Source of the DNA: an uncultured Candidatus Saccharibacteria bacterium | Lineage (GTDB): Bacteria; Patescibacteriota; Saccharimonadia; Saccharimonadales; UBA7683 | Reading direction: 5' to 3' | Length of the DNA stretch: 52,802 bases | NCBI GenBank assembly: GCA_964424985.1 | Contig: CAYRKQ010000004.1 | Coordinates: forward strand, 1 to 52,802 | Shown: in pieces, positions 28,064-36,568 of the stretch | Position numbering within the stretch: the stretch's first letter is position 1 | Layout: each line of letters starts with the position of its first letter | Position numbers and translations under genes: made by a program | The notes under the pieces: model-generated | What the model was told of the DNA's origin: nothing | The model's database searches: none | Seen by the model: only the letters and a program-made list of their open reading frames with translations

Positions 28064-28899
28064 TACGAGTTCTCCCCCTGTTGCGGCTGGGTTTGAGCCC
28101 GACCAACGCCCTTGGTAATAACTGGCACACCAACAGCCTGGCTATCGGCTAGCGTCTGACGAGGCGCGGTATCAGGATTATACGAATTATAGTAAAGTTC
28201 AATCAGCTCCTGGGTATCGAGCGGCGCGCCTTGTACGCCCATTTGCTGCAAGCCATCAAGAACTGCCCCAACACGGTTTTTTAGCTCGACTTTAGCTTTT
28301 TGTAAATCAGCTTCGTTAATGTGTACCACGGGACCCTTTTTGTCAAAAATGCCATCAAGCAGTTTTTTGCTGCTAGCCAAGGCTTGCTTGCCGCTTACTT
28401 CTGGGTAGTACGGAATCACCAGATAAAATTGTTTACTCATAATATTTGTTTGGCTTACCAAATCGCTAATGAAGTAGATGTAGTCTTCCATCAGCATACC
28501 AAGCAGCATATTGTCGAGATTGTTATGAATATTTTCAAGTCTCTCCAAGTACGGGCGCATATCAATTTTGCGCGATTTTATGACGATTTGCATGTCAAAG
28601 TACAAGGAATTAATAAAGCCTTGGTAGGCATACTCCACCGCCTCGCGTTCTTGCTCACTCATGAGGTCGAAGTTGATGCTTTTTGCCAGCACCACTGAAC
28701 GAAAACTGCCGTCGGCCATTATGGTAATACCATCACGGATCTCGGCCACTAGCAGGCTGTTTTGGGTACTGTTAGGATTGCTCGGCGCAACATTTACCGT
28801 TGGTGGCTGTTGTGTTGCTGCCGGCCTCATAGGCATGCCCGGTTGAGGCGCTTGAGGTTGAGTCGGCACTCCTTGTAATGGTTGTTGATTTGGCTGCAT
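28063..28899 (-). CDS. Hypothetical protein resembling the extreme N-terminal domain of Gram-positive VirB4-like ATPases, with a P/Q-rich N-terminus
   Basis: EIRDGITIMADGSFRSVVLAKSINFDLMSEQEREAVEYAYQGFINSLYFDMQIVIKSRKIDMRPYL resembles, from memory, the first domain of long VirB4 homologues. TAATG overlap with virB4. Confidence 0.5.
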   Translation of the reverse strand: MQPNQQPLQGVPTQPQAPQPGMPMRPAATQQPPTVNVAPSNPNSTQNSLLVAEIRDGITIMADGSFRSVVLAKSINFDLMSEQEREAVEYAYQGFINSLYFDMQIVIKSRKIDMRPYLERLENIHNNLDNMLLGMLMEDYIYFISDLVSQTNIMSKQFYLVIPYYPEVSGKQALASSKKLLDGIFDKKGPVVHINEADLQKAKVELKNRVGAVLDGLQQMGVQGAPLDTQELIELYYNSYNPDTAPRQTLADSQAVGVPVITKGVGRAQTQPQQGENS

Positions 28900-28948
28900 A
28901 AATACACCTTATTATGTCACACCAGAGGCCAGTATGTACAGGTTATGC

Positions 28949-29806
28949 TTATTTCTTATGATGCAGATTGATGACGACTTCTCCATCATCTGCCATTGTC
29001 GCCTCTGTTTCGGGGCTTGGTACGGCGACTGGAGCTTGATTCTCAGGGGATGGCGGCTCTGTTTGTTGCGGCTGATCGACTAGTGGGTCTTGTGGCGGTG
29101 TCGGTGTGGGGGCGGGAATGTCTACTATCGGCGCGGGCGTCACTTCCTCTGACGATACCTCGCTGCGTGCTTGTTCAACAACGCTCAGTGCATTTTGCCG
29201 CTGTGCTTTCTCCGCCTGCGAGAAATCCTGAGTTATTACTTGTGCGGTACGGTTGCGTGGATCTTCGTGGTCGTACTGATCACGCATGCTATCGCGTTCG
29301 GCTTCAATCGGGGTTATGGGCTGGGTGAAACGAGAAAGTTCCTCAGCATTAAAGAGCCGTTGCCCGGTTTGTACCTGCGTGGCGTACTTACTAGCCCAGC
29401 CACGACTGTCTAACATAGAAGAAAGTTGGTTAAGGCGGCTATCTACCTGTTGTTGAGTAAGGCCTTTTGTGTAGACCTTTTGCACAAACTTAGGAACAGT
29501 AATAATAACCCGCTCTTCCAGCCCTTCTTGATCCCACTTTCTCACACGAGGTTTTAGTTTAAAGCGAAGCCACGAAGCGAGGAATACTTCCACGGGCTGG
29601 TCGCTACGCTGGTATAGCCCCAGCACGCCACTAACGATAGCAATCGGTAGAGGGATAATTATGAGCGCAATGTTTATCTTTGCCAGCATCCAGCACATCC
29701 ACAAAGATGCCACCATCACCAACACAAAAATAAACTGCTTTAGGCTTAAAAAGCCAACTAGCTTATCTTCAGCTTCAACATCTTGTGGTACGCGGTACGT
29801 TGCCAT
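28949..29806 (-). CDS. PrgI/VirB3-like small membrane protein extended by a long P/Q-rich tail
   Basis: N-terminus MATYRVPQDVEAEDKLVGFLSLKQFIFVLV followed by two TM helices, the PrgI-family pattern as remembered. The C-terminal 100 aa is proline/glutamine rich. Confidence 0.5.
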   Translation of the reverse strand: MATYRVPQDVEAEDKLVGFLSLKQFIFVLVMVASLWMCWMLAKINIALIIIPLPIAIVSGVLGLYQRSDQPVEVFLASWLRFKLKPRVRKWDQEGLEERVIITVPKFVQKVYTKGLTQQQVDSRLNQLSSMLDSRGWASKYATQVQTGQRLFNAEELSRFTQPITPIEAERDSMRDQYDHEDPRNRTAQVITQDFSQAEKAQRQNALSVVEQARSEVSSEEVTPAPIVDIPAPTPTPPQDPLVDQPQQTEPPSPENQAPVAVPSPETEATMADDGEVVINLHHKK

Positions 29807-29863
29807 ATAAGCATAAGTATACCATTTGGTGCGCGACAGGTGGTAGATACCGACTTACTTTTC

Positions 29864-31840
29864 TTAATCATCTGCATCGTCCCAGGTTCTAGTGGTTTCG
29901 GTTCTTCCTCCATCTGGTGTTTCTCCTGCCGCAGCCCTCCGGGCCCTTTCGGCGTCAAAATCTGCCGTGGGTCGTGGGCCGGCTGAACCACTGGGAGCTG
30001 CTGGCCCGGGCATTACAAGTTGCTGAGGTATCATATTGCCATCACCGTCAGCTCCCATTCTTGTGCCAAGACCACGAGTGCGCATTTCATTGACTTTTGC
30101 TTCAACAACTCTAGCGGCATCTGGGTTATTTGCCAGTGCGTTTGCAACATGTGCCTTGGTATTCGCATCCGTGTAGCTACCCTCCATTGATAGCATGGCA
30201 ACCATCTCGACTCTAGCGGCTTTTTCACGATCGCGGTTGTCATACTCTTCTTGTGTGACTTCTGGGCCGCGAGTGCCGTCGGCATTTGGTCTGTCGTACA
30301 TCTTGCCAGTACTTACGTCGGAAGTCACTCCTTCGTTATCATCCCGGGCGGCGTTTCTTACAAGTGACTCCACCACTACCTGCTTGTTGTTGTAGGAACT
30401 CTCTGTCCCGGCGATAACGTTACCAGAGTCGTCATATTGTGCGTAGTTTATATCGTAATCCTTAAGCTGCCCAAGATGGCCAGGGCCAAGCTCTCTTGTG
30501 GCTTTGTCCAGAGTTGCATAGGCCTTTGACCTTAAGCCAGGATCCTCGCTAGACAAGGTGTACACTTGACCAGACGTAGCATCATAGCCGGCTGCGAATC
30601 CTGAAAAGTTCCCCTGACCCTTATTAGTTTCTCTAAGTTTGTTGACGGCGTTTTGCTTAAATGCTCGATCCATAGAGCTATTCCCATAGATTGTGTTAAG
30701 CGACTCAAGTGCGGAGTCATCTAGTTTACCGAAGCCAGAAGATATACCCATGGCGGCGACTTGGTATCGGGATCCAGTTTTGCCATACATGCGCTCAAGT
30801 CTTGCGGCTTGTGCGACCTTCTTATCGTCACCACTCTCGCGTAACTGCTTAACTCTTCTACGCAATGTCCCGTTTGATGCTCCATGTCGGGCAAATTCAT
30901 TGGCAGTGTCGTGATCTTTTATGCCCAACTTCATCATCTCTTCCTGAGCCTCATCAATTTCTCTAGAGTGATTACGCATAAAATCAGTTGCTGATTTTCC
31001 ACCTATTCGACCTCCTGTTGCTCCGTGGAGCACTGAGGTAGGCCGATTTGCTATAAACGCAGCTTTATTAAAGAAGTTCGCTCGTTTACTGTTTCCGTCA
31101 AATTTACGACCCTGTCTAGCTGCCTGTCTACTCATTGCTCCGGCTTCATGGGCTGACTTGCGTCTTAGGCTAATAGATTCACGCGTGGCATTCTTCAGAA
31201 GGCCGCCAACTGTTCCCATTGTGGTGCCTGCGAACTTAAAGGTGAACGGGACTAAGAAGAACGGCGCAAATGTTAAAATAAAGCGAGCAAGCGTACCCCA
31301 AACCCCAGGGTCTCCGTCTCCATTAAGTTCAAATAATCCAGACGCAAACTTACCACTAATAAGTAAGAGTACTATGATCGGATACATGAGGAGCACCTTA
31401 ATGTAGGTGTTAAACCATTTTTTTGCGAGAGCTTCGGTTCCTGGCAGAATCCAGAGCGCGATGGCAATTGGCGAAGCCAGAATTAAAAATATAATCATTA
31501 TTTGACGGAATAAGACAGTCATCACTGCTGAAGCAAGTGCCACCGCGCCAACCATGAGCATCGGGACGAATATTTGAAACGAACCATAAGCAAGAGTAGC
31601 GCCTATCACCACGCCAATTAACGTGAAGGTACCGGCTTGTGTTCCAGCGTTAGAACTAGATATTAGTTCATAGTTTAAGTTTAACGCACCACCTATGTTC
31701 GTTAGCATAGCTTGAACTGAATCGCCTAATGCATTTGAAAAATCTAACAAAATTGTACATATAGACCACGATAAGTTTACAAATACTACTGCCAATATTA
31801 ACCTTGGCAGCATTTTTTTAACTGTATAAGCGTCTAGCAC
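29864..31840 (-). CDS. VirB6/TrbL-like polytopic membrane protein with a hydrophilic C-terminal extension of about 430 aa
   Basis: At least six hydrophobic helices in the first 220 aa or so, followed by a long charged region. Position next to the VirB3/VirB4-like genes. Confidence 0.6.
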   Translation of the reverse strand: MLDAYTVKKMLPRLILAVVFVNLSWSICTILLDFSNALGDSVQAMLTNIGGALNLNYELISSSNAGTQAGTFTLIGVVIGATLAYGSFQIFVPMLMVGAVALASAVMTVLFRQIMIIFLILASPIAIALWILPGTEALAKKWFNTYIKVLLMYPIIVLLLISGKFASGLFELNGDGDPGVWGTLARFILTFAPFFLVPFTFKFAGTTMGTVGGLLKNATRESISLRRKSAHEAGAMSRQAARQGRKFDGNSKRANFFNKAAFIANRPTSVLHGATGGRIGGKSATDFMRNHSREIDEAQEEMMKLGIKDHDTANEFARHGASNGTLRRRVKQLRESGDDKKVAQAARLERMYGKTGSRYQVAAMGISSGFGKLDDSALESLNTIYGNSSMDRAFKQNAVNKLRETNKGQGNFSGFAAGYDATSGQVYTLSSEDPGLRSKAYATLDKATRELGPGHLGQLKDYDINYAQYDDSGNVIAGTESSYNNKQVVVESLVRNAARDDNEGVTSDVSTGKMYDRPNADGTRGPEVTQEEYDNRDREKAARVEMVAMLSMEGSYTDANTKAHVANALANNPDAARVVEAKVNEMRTRGLGTRMGADGDGNMIPQQLVMPGPAAPSGSAGPRPTADFDAERARRAAAGETPDGGRTETTRTWDDADD

Positions 31841-33246
31841 TATAGCTTCCCTCCAAGTGTCTGAGAAATGATCAGTATAAGAAATGCAATTACAAACAGT
31901 ATATTGGCAATATTTCTAAATATGGCCCAGGCTTCGTAAAGCGAGTCGCTTACTTCGTAGCGTAAATTATCTTTAAGGTAATCACCAAACATCCTTAGAG
32001 CACCTTCAATTGTGTCAATGATTGGGCAAAGAATCCACGAAAGTGGACTGTTTAGGTTTGCATCACATGAATCTTGATCAACACTTTGGTCATCATTACC
32101 TTGATCACCGAGGCCATCAGTAGTTGGAGCGGTTACTTCAAGGGTACTCTTTATTTTACTAGCCAGCGGGCTTTTGTTAACTATACAATCTTTTATATAG
32201 GCGGTACTCAGCTCATTAACAGTCAGTCTGCCCTGAGCGTACCTAAGTTTATCGTACTCTTTTATAATACCTTCAGCAATCGATGATGCCTGGTCGGCGA
32301 TGGGCATGCCTGAAAATGACGATTCTGCGCTTGCGCCAGCAACACAGAACTTAACTGAGTCATAATTGTCACTTGCAAGTATCTCTCTGGCTTTTTCAAG
32401 CTTGTACTGCAGTATTTCTTCATCAAGTGCTTCTTCAAGGGCACTTTCACCAAAGGTCAATAAATATCGATTACTGGGGTTGTCAATAATGAAACTTCGT
32501 ATGGAATCACAATCTGCAAGCCCGGTGGTGTATGTACCGTAAATACGCATCGCGCCCATGTAGCCCACTACGCGAAGTCGATTATCTTCTGGTATCCAGT
32601 TTTCTTTTTTCGCCCGTGTTTCGTCGGTTCTTTCGATACTTGAGTCCTTCCATTTCCAGCAGGCACCAAAAGCATCGCTAATAACGTGGTCTCTCCATAA
32701 ATTAAAACTATCACTTCTGCCAGCAATGAGACTTGTTGCATAGTTTTTAATATCAGTTTGGAGTTTGCTCCAATTAGTCCTCGGGGTGTAAGGGAATGAA
32801 CCGGTATTGTAGTGGTCTTTAATAAATGCTTGACGCTTTTCCGGCTTGGAAGCTCCCTGGTAAGCAGTCTCATAGTACTCGGACAGAGCCTTCGCACAGC
32901 TTATAGTTGCTAAGTTTGAGTTAGATGAGCCAAATAGTATTGAAGGCACTGAGAATGTGTTGCCGGCAGTGGCCTTTAACGGGCTGACGCTTGGATTTTC
33001 ATAATCATTTTTGGTGAGTGACTTCAGGTCGAGCAAACAGACCGACTGACTGTTATTATCTGTCTTTTTCGCTCCTGTAAGTGCCCGTAGAGTTTCATAG
33101 CGAACCACAACTGTTTGATTACCCGGCATACGCGCACTCCCGCTATTTTGTGCAAAAATGACTAACGGTGACAGGGCGGAGATACCAACAGAAACTAAAA
33201 AGAGAGACAGCAGAAAACCACCCCCAAGTCTGCGTAGTTTTCTCAT
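31840..33246 (-). CDS. Hypothetical secreted protein with C-terminal membrane anchor, 8 Cys
   Basis: Signal peptide FLLSLFLVSVGISALSPLVIFAQ and C-terminal TM ILFVIAFLILIISQTL. No recognisable family. 1-nt overlap with the VirB6-like gene. Confidence 0.6.
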   Translation of the reverse strand: MRKLRRLGGGFLLSLFLVSVGISALSPLVIFAQNSGSARMPGNQTVVVRYETLRALTGAKKTDNNSQSVCLLDLKSLTKNDYENPSVSPLKATAGNTFSVPSILFGSSNSNLATISCAKALSEYYETAYQGASKPEKRQAFIKDHYNTGSFPYTPRTNWSKLQTDIKNYATSLIAGRSDSFNLWRDHVISDAFGACWKWKDSSIERTDETRAKKENWIPEDNRLRVVGYMGAMRIYGTYTTGLADCDSIRSFIIDNPSNRYLLTFGESALEEALDEEILQYKLEKAREILASDNYDSVKFCVAGASAESSFSGMPIADQASSIAEGIIKEYDKLRYAQGRLTVNELSTAYIKDCIVNKSPLASKIKSTLEVTAPTTDGLGDQGNDDQSVDQDSCDANLNSPLSWILCPIIDTIEGALRMFGDYLKDNLRYEVSDSLYEAWAIFRNIANILFVIAFLILIISQTLGGKL

Positions 33247-33863
33247 AATTTTGCAATCTCTCGGTTATAGCTCCGCAGCGAAAGGAGGTCTTTGGTAGCA
33301 CTATCTTTGGGTATGAATGTAGAGGCGATTTTCCCAGCGTTTTTCTCAAGTTGCGATCCGCTAGTATAGTAAAAACTTATCTTCCATACAAAAGCCTCAC
33401 CGAAAATGTAATAGTCCGTGTAGGGAGTTTCACCTGCTATTTTGGTAACAACTGCGTCGTTCTCCCCAATCCTGGTCGTTTCTACGGTGGCACCGGACGA
33501 AGAGATCGCCTCTTTGAACTTTTCGATATCTGGTACGGCACCTACATCTGTATATCTTGAAACCTTATATGAATCAGTTGTGCCTCCTTGGCTACTATCT
33601 TTGGCCGTGAAGGTAACGTTAACGTAGTCTCCTTCTCGCTGGTATGCCTTCGGAAAGTTAATTGAAAACCAGGAATTACTGTAGAGGTTAAAATCCTCTC
33701 TGAGTGTTCCGTCTTGCCCGACTTTATTACCCTGACTTGTTCCTAAAACTGTCACAATAATTACGATGACAATAGCTAGCAAAGTAACGCCTACTAATAG
33801 TAGGCGACGTTTGCCATTAGAAGACCGAGTCTGAGAATCCCCAGTCTTATAAAATGTACTCAT
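33243..33863 (-). CDS. Hypothetical bitopic membrane protein, first gene of the operon (VirB8-like in architecture only)
   Basis: N-terminal TM RLLLVGVTLLAIVIVIIVTVLG plus a globular domain of about 150 aa. 4-nt overlap with the next gene. Confidence 0.55.
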   Translation of the reverse strand: MSTFYKTGDSQTRSSNGKRRLLLVGVTLLAIVIVIIVTVLGTSQGNKVGQDGTLREDFNLYSNSWFSINFPKAYQREGDYVNVTFTAKDSSQGGTTDSYKVSRYTDVGAVPDIEKFKEAISSSGATVETTRIGENDAVVTKIAGETPYTDYYIFGEAFVWKISFYYTSGSQLEKNAGKIASTFIPKDSATKDLLSLRSYNREIAKL

Positions 33864-33935
33864 GCTTAAATGATAGCAATAAATTACCTGTTCACAAAGT
33901 CAAATTCCCCAAATTACCGAGGAAGCCGAGCAGTT

Positions 33936-33944
33936 TGCTATACT
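33936..33944 (+). promoter_or_regulatory. Extended -10 element (TGCTATACT) 9 nt upstream of the first pilin-like gene
   Basis: TGnTATACT at 33936-33944, ATG at 33954. No clear -35 or Shine-Dalgarno sequence. Confidence 0.4.
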
Positions 33945-33953
33945 ATCTCTGAC

Positions 33954-34313
33954 ATGACGCAAAAAATAAAACAACTAGCTCTTCGTGGTTCTCTATTTTT
34001 AGTGGTATTCTCTACAGTACTAAATGAGTCTGTTTTTGCACAAGATTTAGACCCGGCTACTGTCGGCACGCCGCCCACCGGTGGTAGTGTCTACGACTGG
34101 CTTAGTATGATTATTAACGTACTCTCCGTAGTGGCACTGTCGCTTTTTGTGCTTAGCATGATTATTGCTGGCTATCAATACATGACAGCCAGGGACAATG
34201 CCCAGCAAGTTTCAGATGCTAAAAATAGAATAACTACTACTGTAATTAGTATTATTTTGTTTGTCTTTGGGTATGCTTTTTTGCAATGGCTTATACCCGG
34301 CGGCGTTTTTTAG
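33954..34313 (+). CDS. VirB2/TrbC-like pilin paralog 1
   Basis: Signal peptide ending VFAQ, then two hydrophobic helices flanking AGYQYMTARDNAQQVSDAKNRI. No Cys. Start 33954 is preferred over the listed 33870. Confidence 0.6.
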   Translation: MTQKIKQLALRGSLFLVVFSTVLNESVFAQDLDPATVGTPPTGGSVYDWLSMIINVLSVVALSLFVLSMIIAGYQYMTARDNAQQVSDAKNRITTTVISIILFVFGYAFLQWLIPGGVF

Positions 34314-34379
34314 TAATAGCCACGCTACTCTTTGAATTATCATTAAATAATATGATCAAATGAGGTACTATAAATACAT

Positions 34380-34826
34380 ATGTTAAAACGTGCCTTATTT
34401 TCTATAGTGCTTTTTAGCACCATCATCATGGCTGGGCTAGTATTTACAACGCAGCCGACCTACGCTTGTGATCCAGTTCCGGGTGACGGTGGTTTTGCTG
34501 AAGACATATTTCCCCCTTGGTACAAATATCTAGACGGTGTAGAAGATTCTGAAGGTGTATGTCGAGTCGATGTAACAAATGCAAATCCAGCCAGAACGGC
34601 TACCCTTATTCTTATTGCAATCATTGAACTACTTACAAGATTGGCGGCGCTCGTAGCTGTTGGGTTTGTAATATACGGTGCAATACAGTACATAGTTAGC
34701 CAAGGCGATTCACAATCACTTAGCAATGCCAAGAGTACTATTGCAAACGCCCTGATTGGCTTGATTATCACACTGCTATCCGTTGCTTTGATACAATTTA
34801 TAGGGCGAATATTCGCTGTGAAGTAG
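34380..34826 (+). CDS. VirB2/TrbC-like pilin paralog 2
   Basis: Signal peptide ending TYA. Cys-bracketed 32-aa loop (CDPVPG...SEGVC). Core YGAIQYIVSQGDSQSLSNAKSTI between two TM helices. Confidence 0.6.
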   Translation: MLKRALFSIVLFSTIIMAGLVFTTQPTYACDPVPGDGGFAEDIFPPWYKYLDGVEDSEGVCRVDVTNANPARTATLILIAIIELLTRLAALVAVGFVIYGAIQYIVSQGDSQSLSNAKSTIANALIGLIITLLSVALIQFIGRIFAVK

Positions 34827-34835
34827 GGATTATAG

Positions 34836-35126
34836 ATGAATACGATCATACAACTTGGTATTTTGGCACAAACAGTATCGGCCCCCCTGCTCCCTAAACA
34901 GTCTGTCGGGGGCGTAGTCCCCGTGTTGTTGAAAATTGTATTTGGAGTGGCAGCATTACTGGCCATAATTTTTATTGCTTACGGCGGGCTTAAGTACACA
35001 ACTAGTAACGGTGATTCAAATGCTGTGCAAAGCGCCAAAAACACTATTTTATCTGCGGTAGTTGGGCTGGTGATTGCTGTTTCGGCTTTTGCGATTGTTG
35101 ATTTTGTGGTTGGGAAGCTGGGATGA
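34836..35126 (+). CDS. VirB2/TrbC-like pilin paralog 3 (short, no obvious signal peptide or Cys loop)
   Basis: Core YGGLKYTTSNGDSNAVQSAKNTILSAVVGLV. ATGA overlap with paralog 4. Confidence 0.55.
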   Translation: MNTIIQLGILAQTVSAPLLPKQSVGGVVPVLLKIVFGVAALLAIIFIAYGGLKYTTSNGDSNAVQSAKNTILSAVVGLVIAVSAFAIVDFVVGKLG

Positions 35127-35542
35127 ATATAAAAAAATACTGCATGCTTATTGCTACCTTTTTGTTCTTAGTTATCGGCATACAGTCACTTTTGGTCTAC
35201 GGGAGTGTATCGGTAAACGCGCAAGACCCGTTTGTTTATACATGTGATGATGCCGTTGGTGCCGATACAGAATTTTGTAAAAATGTAAACTCAGAGAGCT
35301 CAAGAAGTATTTTATTTGGTGATAAAAGTATGCTTTATATGATTGCCCAAACTATTGTTTGGCTTGTCGGTATACTCTCGGTCATTATGGTTATAATTGG
35401 CGGCTTTCGGTATGTAATTTCGGCCGGTGATAGCAATGCGGTTCAAGGCGCCAAAAATACTATTATGTATGCACTTATTGGTGTTGTAGTCGCTGCATTT
35501 TCTCAAATAATTGTAACTTTTGTTTTGTCGAAATTTATCTAA
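35123..35542 (+). CDS. VirB2/TrbC-like pilin paralog 4
   Basis: Signal peptide ending VNA, loop CDDAVGADTEFC, core IIGGFRYVISAGDSNAVQGAKNTIMYALIGVV. Confidence 0.65.
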   Translation: MNIKKYCMLIATFLFLVIGIQSLLVYGSVSVNAQDPFVYTCDDAVGADTEFCKNVNSESSRSILFGDKSMLYMIAQTIVWLVGILSVIMVIIGGFRYVISAGDSNAVQGAKNTIMYALIGVVVAAFSQIIVTFVLSKFI

Positions 35543-35564
35543 GTGGTATACCATGGAGGAAGCT

Positions 35565-35969
35565 ATGAAGAACATAATTAAAAACATTACCGCAACTCTT
35601 CTACTAGTAGTGGGGTTGGGGGTTGTGCTTACGCCCACAATTTATGCTAGCCCGGCATCTGATTCTTGTGACGTGCTTAAGAGTATTGACGATACCGTAA
35701 CTTGTGACTCGGCCACTTCTAAAGAAGCTGGTAATAACATTGCAATAAAAGTGATAAATATACTATCAGTGGTAACTGGATCCATTGCTGTAATTATGGT
35801 TATAATTGGCGGAGTAAGGTATGTAATTTCGGCCGGTGATAGCAATGCGGTTCAAGGCGCCAAAAATACTATTATGTATGCATTGGTCGGTCTTGTAGTG
35901 GTATTATTTGCACAGGTTATTGTTCGTTTTGTGCTTTCTACTGCTACAAACCCAACACCCACCCCATAG
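35565..35969 (+). CDS. VirB2/TrbC-like pilin paralog 5
   Basis: Start MKNIIKNI preceded by GGAGGA. Signal peptide ending IYA, loop CDVLKSIDDTVTC, core IIGGVRYVISAGDSNAVQGAKNTIMYALVGLV. Confidence 0.65.
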   Translation: MKNIIKNITATLLLVVGLGVVLTPTIYASPASDSCDVLKSIDDTVTCDSATSKEAGNNIAIKVINILSVVTGSIAVIMVIIGGVRYVISAGDSNAVQGAKNTIMYALVGLVVVLFAQVIVRFVLSTATNPTPTP

Positions 35970-36051
35970 TAAAGCCGCTTGTGTAATGTGGCTGTGTCCG
36001 TTATAATTTGCCTTATAGCTAGCTTTTAATCGAAAGGAAACAATAAATATA

Positions 36052-36483
36052 ATGAAAGCTCTACTTAAAAAAATTGTCAATCTAATTAGCGTTGCAGCTC
36101 TTGTTGTAGTACCGCAGACAGCGGTACTTGCCGGAGTGGCGCATGCGCAATCTGAGGTGCCTCAGGTAACAACTGATATACAGAATGCTGCCTGTCAAGG
36201 TGCGAATCTGAGTACTAGTACAGAATGTACCCCTGGCGACTCACAAGGGAATTTCAACACACTTATGACCCGTATCATTAATATCTTCTCGATTGTTGTT
36301 GGTGCCATCTCAGTTATCATGGTGATTATTGGCGGCTTCCGCTACATCATTAGCAACGGTGATAGCAATGGGGTGTCTGGTGCCAAAAACACCATCCTCT
36401 ATGCCCTCGTTGGTTTAGTGGTAGTGCTCTTCGCTCAAATTATTGTCCGCTTTGTTCTTTCAAACGCAACTGCTGACGTATAA
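36052..36483 (+). CDS. VirB2/TrbC-like pilin paralog 6
   Basis: Signal peptide ending AHA, loop CQGANLSTSTEC, core IIGGFRYIISNGDSNGVSGAKNTILYALVGLV. Confidence 0.65.
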   Translation: MKALLKKIVNLISVAALVVVPQTAVLAGVAHAQSEVPQVTTDIQNAACQGANLSTSTECTPGDSQGNFNTLMTRIINIFSIVVGAISVIMVIIGGFRYIISNGDSNGVSGAKNTILYALVGLVVVLFAQIIVRFVLSNATADV

Positions 36484-36501
36484 ATAATCGGCCTAGATTT
36501 T

Positions 36502-36530
36502 AAAAGACCCCGTACTCAGGGGTCTTTTTA
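36502..36530 (+). terminator. Rho-independent terminator after pilin paralog 6
   Basis: AGACCCC-gtactca-GGGGTCT followed by TTTT. Confidence 0.7.
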
Positions 36531-36568
36531 GTTTACTGACTCCTTATAAAGTGATACTATTTTAGTAT

